DNA from: a bacterium
GTDB lineage: Bacteria; Zhuqueibacterota; Zhuqueibacteria; Oceanimicrobiales; Oceanimicrobiaceae
Reading direction: 5' to 3'
Length of the DNA stretch: 24,561 nucleotides
Assembly (NCBI GenBank): GCA_046757025.1
Contig: JBHHXN010000071.1
Location: 1-24,561 of the forward strand
Part shown: piece by piece, positions 17,151 through 24,561 of the stretch
How the letters are laid out: each line of letters begins with the position of its first letter
Numbering within the stretch: the stretch's first letter is position 1
Position numbers and translations under genes: made by a program
The notes under the pieces: model-generated
What the model was told of the DNA's origin: nothing
What the model saw: only the letters and a program-made list of their open reading frames with translations
The model's database searches: none

Positions 17151-17243
17151 AAAACAGAATCGTTGTAAAAAGAAATTTTACATTTTGCACCATTCATTTT
17201 TCCATTTGCATTTCATGAAAACACTCAATGACTCAGGATGAGC

Positions 17244-19250
17244 CTATTTCAAAAGCACGATTTTTTTACTCAGCACAAATTCACCAGCCTCCATTCGCAG
17301 CACATACAAACCCGTACTGACGTTCCTCCCATAGTGATTTTTCCCATCCCATTTGATTTTGTAACTCCCGGGCTGCTTAACCTCATCCAACAGCGTCTGC
17401 ACTTCCTGTCCTCGCAGGTTGTAGATTTTCAAAGTCACACGGTCAGTCTTAGGCAATTGAAACTGAATAGTGGTTGTGGGATTGAATGGATTCGGGTAGT
17501 TCTGTAAAAGCTGAAAATCATTTGGAACTGTCTGAGAAGGACTCACATCAATACCGGTTACTGAATGCTTGTAAACGCTTCCACCAAGGATGACCGCATC
17601 AAATGTCAACTCCTTGATTTGACTGATGGGTACCGTAAAATAGTCGCCCGACCAGACAGCCATGTCTGCGAGTTTCCCTTCCTCAAGAGAGCCTTTTTTA
17701 TCTTCTTCAAAAGCAGCATAGGCGGAACCAAGGGTATGAATCTTCAGCGCTGTAACCCGGTCGATGCGCTCAGCAGGCCCTATTTCATTGCCCTTTGCTG
17801 TTTTTCGAACAATAGCTTCTTGCAGCGCCAGTTGCGGCATAAGCTCCGGTGTTGTTGGGTAGTCAGAGCCAAAAGCCAGGGGAATGCCCATATCATACAT
17901 TGTTTTGATGGGCATCATGCGGTTTATCCTGGATTCCCCGAAGATGTACCGGTAAGATTCTCCACTGGGGTACAGAGCGCCCGGTTGAAAAGAGACAACC
18001 AAGCCCAAATTCTTAATCCGCTGTAGGGCCGATTGCGTGGGAATGAAGCAATGTTCCAGACGATGCCGGTGGTTTTCACGAGGATTTTTTTGCAGCGCCG
18101 CTTCCAGCGCATCCAACGCCATATCAATGGCGCGGTCGCCCATGCAATGGATGGAAAGCTGGTAATCGGCATCGTGGATCAGGCTGACAACCTTATTCAA
18201 CGTGTCTGCATCCCAGGTTGCCATGTTCCAGGTGAATCCATTCGTTGGTTCATAACAATAAGACATGGGCGCATAACCATCGACCAGCAGCTTGAAACCG
18301 GCAAATTTCAACATGGGCGTTTCATAGCGTACGGAATCCTTGGCAAAAAACGCCAACGCACTGTAGACTGTCTTTGCTGTTTCAGCGGTTAAAAAGATTT
18401 GAGTGCGAACCGTTAAAGTTCCCAGGCTGTCCGCCTCCTTATAAGCCATTAACTTGGACAACACACCGACATTAACATCTTGAATGCTGGTTATGCCGTT
18501 ATCATGATAAAACTCTAAGACCGGATCAAGCGCCTCACGGTATTGCTCGGTCGTATAAGGTGGGATATGTTCTTTAACCAGGATCATGGCATAATGATTG
18601 AGAAGCACTCCTGTCGGTTCGCCGGTGAGCGAATCCTTTTCCACAACCCCACCAGGAGGATTTTGTGTGGACGAGTCAATGCCTGCAATCTGAAGCGCCA
18701 TGCTGTTGGCCACGCCCATGTGACCACTAATGTGAACAATGAAGACTGGATTGTCCGGCGCGACTGTGTCCAGGTCGTAGCGATTTGGAATTCTACCATC
18801 GGATAAATTGAAGAAACCGTGGCCGTAAATCCATTCTCCTGCCGCCTTTTTTTGCACCTCATTGGCAATGAGTTGTTGGATATCACTAATGGTTTTTACT
18901 TTCGGAGGCAAAAAATCAAGCGCAAGGACTTTCGTTTCACCGGCCGTGATCATGTGAGTATGAGAATCGATGAGACCGGGTGTGACAAGTTTACCATTTA
19001 AATTGTAAACAGTGGTTGACGCACCGATGTAATTTGTGATAAGCGTATTTGAACCGACCTTGATAATTACGCTGTCCTTAACCGCCACGGCCTGCGCGAA
19101 ATGATCTTCTGAATCCGCGGTATAAATTTTTCCATTAAGAAGAACTAAATCCGCTGTGGGCTGGCTGAAAGAAATTCCTGTGAAAAGAAGGAGATTTAAG
19201 ATTAAGCCTCCTAACGGCTTGAAACTGAAACTTAGTTTTTTCGTAATCAT
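17244..19250 (-). CDS. Amidohydrolase_3 (YtcJ-like) with signal peptide and FlgD-Ig/T9SS CTD
   Basis: TPGLIDSHTH, GEPTGVL, KLLVDG, IHCMGD, HRLEH, GSDYP, KKGSLEEGKLAD. C-terminal CTD. Confidence 0.92.
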   Translation of the reverse strand: MITKKLSFSFKPLGGLILNLLLFTGISFSQPTADLVLLNGKIYTADSEDHFAQAVAVKDSVIIKVGSNTLITNYIGASTTVYNLNGKLVTPGLIDSHTHMITAGETKVLALDFLPPKVKTISDIQQLIANEVQKKAAGEWIYGHGFFNLSDGRIPNRYDLDTVAPDNPVFIVHISGHMGVANSMALQIAGIDSSTQNPPGGVVEKDSLTGEPTGVLLNHYAMILVKEHIPPYTTEQYREALDPVLEFYHDNGITSIQDVNVGVLSKLMAYKEADSLGTLTVRTQIFLTAETAKTVYSALAFFAKDSVRYETPMLKFAGFKLLVDGYAPMSYCYEPTNGFTWNMATWDADTLNKVVSLIHDADYQLSIHCMGDRAIDMALDALEAALQKNPRENHRHRLEHCFIPTQSALQRIKNLGLVVSFQPGALYPSGESYRYIFGESRINRMMPIKTMYDMGIPLAFGSDYPTTPELMPQLALQEAIVRKTAKGNEIGPAERIDRVTALKIHTLGSAYAAFEEDKKGSLEEGKLADMAVWSGDYFTVPISQIKELTFDAVILGGSVYKHSVTGIDVSPSQTVPNDFQLLQNYPNPFNPTTTIQFQLPKTDRVTLKIYNLRGQEVQTLLDEVKQPGSYKIKWDGKNHYGRNVSTGLYVLRMEAGEFVLSKKIVLLK

Positions 19251-19326
19251 GATTCCCTCCGGGTTCTTAAAATGGATTATTCGATAACAAAATTACAGCA
19301 TAAGTTCATATTTGTATTTGTAATTA

Positions 19327-19446
19327 GTGTCCATCCGTAATCGTCATTCCAGAGTGCCGTTATCGGGAATCTCGTGCTTCACTGACCAATGGATTCCCGC
19401 TTAAAGATGCGCAAATGACAAAAAAAGCCTCTTTACGGATGGACAC
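19327..19446. mobile_element. MITE family A, copy 2 (flanked by TAATTA)
   Basis: Perfect TIRs GTGTCCATCCGTAA / TTACGGATGGACAC, with TAATTA at 19321-19326 and 19447-19452. Confidence 0.85.
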
Positions 19447-19500
19447 TAATTAATCGAAAGTGTTTAGATTCGAACATTTCAGCTTTAAAATGTTATATAG

Positions 19501-21666
19501 CTATTTCAAAAAAAGCATTTTTTTCACTGCCTGATATTCTCCAATTTTCGTAGTGTAATAGTAGATTCCGGACGCAACGTTTACCGCATTAAATATCACT
19601 TGATAGCGCCCGGCTGCGAACCTTTTGTTGACCAACACCGCCACCTGTCGACCGAGCACGTCGTACAGGAGCATCTCTACGTGAGCGGGTTTCGCCACGT
19701 CGAATCGAATGGTGGTGGTGGGATTAAACGGATTCGGGTAATTTTGAAACAGCATGAATTCTGTTGGAATGGTCGAATCATAACTTTCCGCAACATCTAC
19801 CGTATGCAGTGTCCCCTCCTCCAGGGTTAGAAACTGATCCACCGCAATGGCGCGCGTGGTGGATTCCTCCAAGCCTGAGGGCCAGCGGATGGTGATTTTG
19901 TCCACCTGCTGCGCCTGCCCCAGACCAAATTCCACCGGCAGGCTGTTCTGCGAGGTGTTGGCGCCGCCTTGGACCTCGCGGATTTGGGTGATGCCATTCG
20001 CCTCGACTGTGACACGCGCACCGATGGCGGATTTGTTGCTGTTTGTGCCAACCAGTGTGAGCACAAGAAAATGGTTGTCTGTGCCGTTGCCGCGATTTTC
20101 AAAAAGAAAATCAGGATACGTTTCATTTGCCACGAAGAGATCGAGCCTGCCATCGTTGTTGAAATCGCTCCAGGCTGCTCCCTGTCCCGGTTGCGCACCA
20201 GGATGCCCAGGAAACCAGTCGCCGCGAACCACATTCGCAAGGGATGCGATGTTTGTGAATGTGCCGTCGCCGTTATTGCTAAATAGGACATAAGGTGAAT
20301 CTATCATCGCAGGGCGGGTGACAAACAAATCGAGGTCTGCATCATTGTCAAAATCAGCCCATTTAGCAGAGCGCGATTCAGCCACGGCAACACCCGCTGG
20401 GGAAGTGACGTCGGTAAAAGTGCTATTCCCGTTGTTTCGATAAAGCACGGAAACTCCACTGCCCAGGGCGCTGCTTCCGGTTATGAAAAGATCAAAATCC
20501 TGATCGTTGTCATAATCACCCCATGATGAGAATCCACCGGCACAGCAGACAATGCCGGTCGTTCCTGTGATGTTTGTGAAAACGCCATCGTCGTTGCGTA
20601 ATTGGCTTTCGTCATTGATGGGCTCGAGATCACCGTCATTGTCAAAATCGATCCAGACCACGCCGGTGATGATATTCATGCCAGTTTCCTGCGTTACATT
20701 TCGAAAAGTCTTATCGCCATTGTTTTTGAACAGGAATCCATCACCTACATGAACATCGAGATAGCCATCGTTATTAAAGTCCACCCACGTCACTGAAGTC
20801 CCGCCACCTTGAATATCAATCCCGGAAGCTGCGGTTGCGTCGGTGAAGGTTCCTTCTCCGTTGTTTTCAACAAGCAAACCGTTTCCGCCTCTAATCAGGA
20901 AAGCATCTGGATCCCCGTCATTATCATAATCACCCCAAGCAGCCCAATCAGCGCCCTGTGCAATGGCGGCAATTCCGGAGCTTTCGCCCAGTTCTGTAAA
21001 AGTGCCATCGCCATTATTGCGAAATAGGGTTGTATAAATATTAGAACCACCAACGTAAAGCAAATCCTCATCACCATCGAGATCATAATCAGCCCAGGCA
21101 GAGGCGAATGCACCCTGTCCTGGCAAGTTGAACAGCACATCGAAACCAGCCGCTTTGCTGATTTCGTTAAACAAAGTTATTTGTGGATCGAAGAACGTAC
21201 CGTTCTGAGCAACCGTCGGAATCAATTGACCATGAACATCGACGATAAAAACATCTGAAAAACTTAAAGTTACTGTACCATTTGGTGTTCCAGGGTCTAA
21301 GTCGAATTCAATTTCAAGAATCTGACCCTGGCCAGGCTCTAAAACCCGTGATGGAACGGTGCTCATCGCCAGTATGTGTAACAAACTGTCCTCAGTGAAA
21401 AAAAAATCTACAATATTATACACATTGCTGCTTCTTTCTGTGAGTCGCACATTTGAAGCAATAAGAAAATTGGGCGACTGCTCCAGAGTGAATTGCACAC
21501 CGGCAACAGGGTTTGAATTTCTGAGTGAGATACCTACCCTGCCTCCTGAATTACCAACACCTCTCACACCATTAATCACACTAAGAGAATCTGTCTTGGC
21601 ATTTACCTTTAACGCGAAAAATAAAAAGATAATTATCCAAGTGTTTAAATTAGTTTTTAAATTCAT
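19501..21666 (-). CDS. Cohesin + FG-GAP repeats + ASPIC/UnbV (CRTAC1-like) protein with T9SS CTD
   Basis: Start at ATG 21666 (GGAG RBS). Cohesin-like VGISLRN..VAGVQFTL...PGQGQILEIEF...NGTF, seven W.D(Y/F)(D/N)xDxxxD repeats, SNKSAIGARV...FGLG...IRWPSG, then CTD. Confidence 0.9.
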   Translation of the reverse strand: MNLKTNLNTWIIIFLFFALKVNAKTDSLSVINGVRGVGNSGGRVGISLRNSNPVAGVQFTLEQSPNFLIASNVRLTERSSNVYNIVDFFFTEDSLLHILAMSTVPSRVLEPGQGQILEIEFDLDPGTPNGTVTLSFSDVFIVDVHGQLIPTVAQNGTFFDPQITLFNEISKAAGFDVLFNLPGQGAFASAWADYDLDGDEDLLYVGGSNIYTTLFRNNGDGTFTELGESSGIAAIAQGADWAAWGDYDNDGDPDAFLIRGGNGLLVENNGEGTFTDATAASGIDIQGGGTSVTWVDFNNDGYLDVHVGDGFLFKNNGDKTFRNVTQETGMNIITGVVWIDFDNDGDLEPINDESQLRNDDGVFTNITGTTGIVCCAGGFSSWGDYDNDQDFDLFITGSSALGSGVSVLYRNNGNSTFTDVTSPAGVAVAESRSAKWADFDNDADLDLFVTRPAMIDSPYVLFSNNGDGTFTNIASLANVVRGDWFPGHPGAQPGQGAAWSDFNNDGRLDLFVANETYPDFLFENRGNGTDNHFLVLTLVGTNSNKSAIGARVTVEANGITQIREVQGGANTSQNSLPVEFGLGQAQQVDKITIRWPSGLEESTTRAIAVDQFLTLEEGTLHTVDVAESYDSTIPTEFMLFQNYPNPFNPTTTIRFDVAKPAHVEMLLYDVLGRQVAVLVNKRFAAGRYQVIFNAVNVASGIYYYTTKIGEYQAVKKMLFLK

Positions 21667-21715
21667 CTTAATATCTCCAATTCGATAAGGGTAACTTGAA
21701 CTCACTATAAAATTA

Positions 21716-23407
21716 TTAGCGGTTTATGAACTGCAAGCGCAAAGCTTCAGTTGCTGGTTTATTACGTATAGAATGGTGAATAGCTGAAAAACTCGATGGG
21801 TCTAATGGAGTATCAAGGCTAAAGATTGGCTGTCCAAGCTCATCAAGGGTATAGTTTAAATCGAAATAACTAAAACCCCGAGAAAAAATTCCTTCAATGT
21901 AAGCTTTGTCGTCAATTGCCTGAAACAACGCTTCGTACATATCCACTTGCTCTTGAAAATCGATGGGAGTTGTGTATGGATTTTGAGTGCCGCTAAATAT
22001 GAGTGATGTGTTTTTATTTGCGCCATCAAAGCAGGGAAAAATAAGCTGGAGATAGATCGGTTTTTGAATTACATCCTCCACAGGCTTTATATAGTTGTTC
22101 ATGATCAATTCAAATTGGTTTCTTAACTGCTCAACAGAGGGATCGTTCAAGTGTTCTGTTATGTTAGGCTGAAAAGAAATTTCACAAAAATCAAAATTTT
22201 GATACAATTGTCTGTGAAATTGAGGCTGCCCAAAGTCAATAATACTAAAATTGAAAACCCCTTCCCAGGTACCCTCTTTGGGACCAAAGAGTAGTTCAGT
22301 CAAGCCTATTTGTCCTGAAAAATTTTGTCGAAAAGATGTCATGGCGTCATTAATTTTTGGCAGGAAAATGTTTTGATTAAGAGTGCTATCTCCCAAGCCA
22401 AAGGTGGGAAAGTCCTGAAGGAGAATCATTTCGACACCCAGACTATCAAGATATGATGCTTGTTGTATGGCGATTTTTTGCTTAAATTCTTCAGCCCATT
22501 GATTACAATAGTCAATTGGGTTGCCGATGCCGAAGGGGTGATCAAATTCAAAAATAAAAATCCACTGAACTTTGAACCCTGCTTCATGGTATAAATCGAC
22601 AATCTGTTTTTGTACATTTCTGTCTGGCGTGGTATTGGGGACTGTAGGCGGAATAGGTTCAATTACCGGCAAAGAATCTTTAAGTGTTACGAAAGAAAAA
22701 TACCAGAAGGAAAAGTACTCGGCATGTGTTTTTTTGACCCTTGTTACGGTCGCTGCTAATCCTGGCAAATAAAGTTCTTGAAACCATGCATCAGCCGGAA
22801 TTACCCCTTTTACAGCGAGCGCCCGAGCGGTAGGATCACTTTCCACAAAAACTCTGATTGTATCTCTATCAATTAATCCATTCGAATCAGTGACTTCAAG
22901 TTCCAGCTTATAGTGACCAAGTGCTTTAGGTGTGAAAATTGTGATTCTTTTCGTGGTATCTTCAATAGGCGTCTCAGTGTGGCTAGTGTACTCAAAAGAA
23001 ACCTTAGGGCCAAAAAGTTGGCGCCAGCGATAAGTTAGAGTATCCTCATCCAAATCAAAGGATAAAGATGCGTCCAAGTTTACAGGTACTCCCACTGTTC
23101 CTGAATCGTCAGAAGCACTGATATCAGCCACCGGCGGGCGGTTGAGTCCAGCAATAGTGTTCGAGATGAACACTAAATCCTGCACCGTAATGCGACCATC
23201 GCGGTTTATATCGCCGGAAGCAAGTTCGCTTTGAGTCGCGGGCGGTAGTTTACCCAGAGCAATTTGTACACCGCGCGCGATGTCGGAGCTGTCCACTTTG
23301 CCATCACCGTTGATGTCGCCCGGCGTGAGCTGGGCAAATAGTGAGCCGGGATCAATTAAAAACGCTAACAGTGCAGCTCCTAAGCTACAATAAAGTTTAG
23401 AGTTCAT
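21716..23407 (-). CDS. Dockerin + PKD/K319L-like + GH113-like TIM-barrel secreted protein, no CTD
   Basis: Signal peptide; duplicated GDINGDGKVDSSD / GDINRDGRITVQD; NRPPVAD...LDASLSFDLD...YRWRQ; DFQEQVDMYEALF...GIFSRG...SIRNKPA. GGAGG RBS. Confidence 0.85.
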   Translation of the reverse strand: MNSKLYCSLGAALLAFLIDPGSLFAQLTPGDINGDGKVDSSDIARGVQIALGKLPPATQSELASGDINRDGRITVQDLVFISNTIAGLNRPPVADISASDDSGTVGVPVNLDASLSFDLDEDTLTYRWRQLFGPKVSFEYTSHTETPIEDTTKRITIFTPKALGHYKLELEVTDSNGLIDRDTIRVFVESDPTARALAVKGVIPADAWFQELYLPGLAATVTRVKKTHAEYFSFWYFSFVTLKDSLPVIEPIPPTVPNTTPDRNVQKQIVDLYHEAGFKVQWIFIFEFDHPFGIGNPIDYCNQWAEEFKQKIAIQQASYLDSLGVEMILLQDFPTFGLGDSTLNQNIFLPKINDAMTSFRQNFSGQIGLTELLFGPKEGTWEGVFNFSIIDFGQPQFHRQLYQNFDFCEISFQPNITEHLNDPSVEQLRNQFELIMNNYIKPVEDVIQKPIYLQLIFPCFDGANKNTSLIFSGTQNPYTTPIDFQEQVDMYEALFQAIDDKAYIEGIFSRGFSYFDLNYTLDELGQPIFSLDTPLDPSSFSAIHHSIRNKPATEALRLQFINR

Positions 23408-23432
23408 GATGTCCTCCCCTGGTCATGTGTCC

Positions 23433-24560
23433 TTATCTCAAAAAAACCATTTTCTTATTTAACACCCTATCGCCTGTTCTAAGCGTGTAGATGTACAAGC
23501 CGGAACTAACCACCTGTCCCGCTTCATCTTTCCCGTCCCATGTTACCTGATGATTTCCAGCGACCTGACTACCCTTTGCCAGTGTGCGTATCTTTTGCCC
23601 CAAAAGATTGTAAATAGATAGCTCCAAATTGCTGACGACTGAAATCTGATAACTGATCACAGTCGTTGGGTTGAACGGGTTAGGATAGTTTTGAAATAAT
23701 TGAAATGCTTTAACCGGTGAATCTTCAGAATAGTTTTTTACAGACGTAATAAGCGTATGCCTTTTGAAGAAACCCCAAACTTCTCTTGACATTTCAATGT
23801 CATGGTTCTGCGCCCCGAGACCGGCAAGTTTTAAAAACCAATCAGCATACTGCTGTTCAATGCTTGGTGAATTATGTCCTCCGCCATCGACTCGATAATG
23901 AACCACTTCTGTATTTTGAGTACCATTAGAATAAATGTCACGATGCACCGTTGAACTATCTTCATAAGGACCATCCGGAAAATCATAAGATTCCGGAATC
24001 GTGTCGCAATTGTTGTAGTTCACCCAGAAATCCACCGTCTCAGAAGCTGATAAAAAGGAGCCGGATCCTTGGTTTATACTTAGTCCGCCTTGCCAGGGAA
24101 TAAACTTATCAGATGTTCCATTCATGATCAGCACTGGAATGGGCTTTTCCGGTCCGTCGCAAATATTAATCGCAGGTAAGGCCGCTATTATGGCAGCTAT
24201 CGCGGTAATTCTATCAGACAATTCAAAAGCCAGGCGGTAGCTCATAAGACCCCCGTTTGATTCGCCGGTGGCGTAAATTCTGGTGGTATCTATCGCATAC
24301 TTATTCGTTAATTGATTTATCATTTCGTTCAAAAAACCGACGTCATCTTCATCACCGCAATGTATGCAGTCCCCGCGACAATCATTCCAATGTTTTTGAT
24401 AACCTTGTGGAATGGCAAGAAATAACTTTTCTTCGTCAGCAATATCGAGCCAGAGTTTAAAAGGCGCTTTTTTACCATCCAGCCCAAGAAATGAGTCGAT
24501 GTTTCCTCCGCCGCCATGCAGGAGAACAACCAAAGGTCGTGGTGAAGATACCGCATCGTC
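23433..24560 (-). CDS. Alpha/beta hydrolase (LpqC / PHB-depolymerase / CE1-like esterase) with FlgD-Ig/T9SS CTD; 5' end beyond window
   Basis: LVVLLHGGGG, DDVGFL, RIYATGESNGG (Ser), GTSDKFIP (Asp), GGGHNSP (His). Frame is open to the window edge. Confidence 0.92.
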   Translation of the reverse strand, partial: DDAVSSPRPLVVLLHGGGGNIDSFLGLDGKKAPFKLWLDIADEEKLFLAIPQGYQKHWNDCRGDCIHCGDEDDVGFLNEMINQLTNKYAIDTTRIYATGESNGGLMSYRLAFELSDRITAIAAIIAALPAINICDGPEKPIPVLIMNGTSDKFIPWQGGLSINQGSGSFLSASETVDFWVNYNNCDTIPESYDFPDGPYEDSSTVHRDIYSNGTQNTEVVHYRVDGGGHNSPSIEQQYADWFLKLAGLGAQNHDIEMSREVWGFFKRHTLITSVKNYSEDSPVKAFQLFQNYPNPFNPTTVISYQISVVSNLELSIYNLLGQKIRTLAKGSQVAGNHQVTWDGKDEAGQVVSSGLYIYTLRTGDRVLNKKMVFLR

Positions 24561-24561
24561 C

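Noticed and set aside
21667..21705. Upstream start for the cohesin/ASPIC gene
   Set aside because: The GGAG RBS and signal peptide fit ATG 21666.
12925..24560. Cargo array as an integron cassette array or DGR target set
   Set aside because: No attC-like RYYYAAC...GTTRRRY structures were seen between these genes. There is no reverse transcriptase, and CTD differences are not adenine-specific.

Overview
Bacterial chromosomal window, probably from an FCB-group lineage such as KSB1 or Calditrichota. This is inferred from eight 'Q/PNYPNPFNP...' T9SS type-A/FlgD-Ig C-terminal sorting domains (CTDs). The left half holds an IS630 remnant inserted in a decayed VIT/VWA-CTD gene, an XRE regulator with its membrane-protein partner, a lipoprotein, a PiT transporter, DUF192, an orphan beta-class amino-DNA methyltransferase, a CTD protein and a tricorn (S41B) protease. 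The middle has a lone integron-type attC site downstream of an AT-rich hypothetical gene, plus several palindromic repeats. The right half is a minus-strand array of seven secreted proteins: an esterase, a dockerin-PKD-GH113-like protein, a cohesin-FG-GAP/ASPIC protein, an amidohydrolase, a beta-propeller, a GH43/130-like propeller and an Ig protein. Six carry a CTD. The most striking feature is an adjacent cohesin/dockerin gene pair in which only the cohesin partner has the T9SS signal, suggesting a two-subunit non-cellulosomal surface complex. Intergenic gaps contain at least two MITE families, including a nested 'Russian-doll' element. All family assignments come from motif recognition, not database searches.
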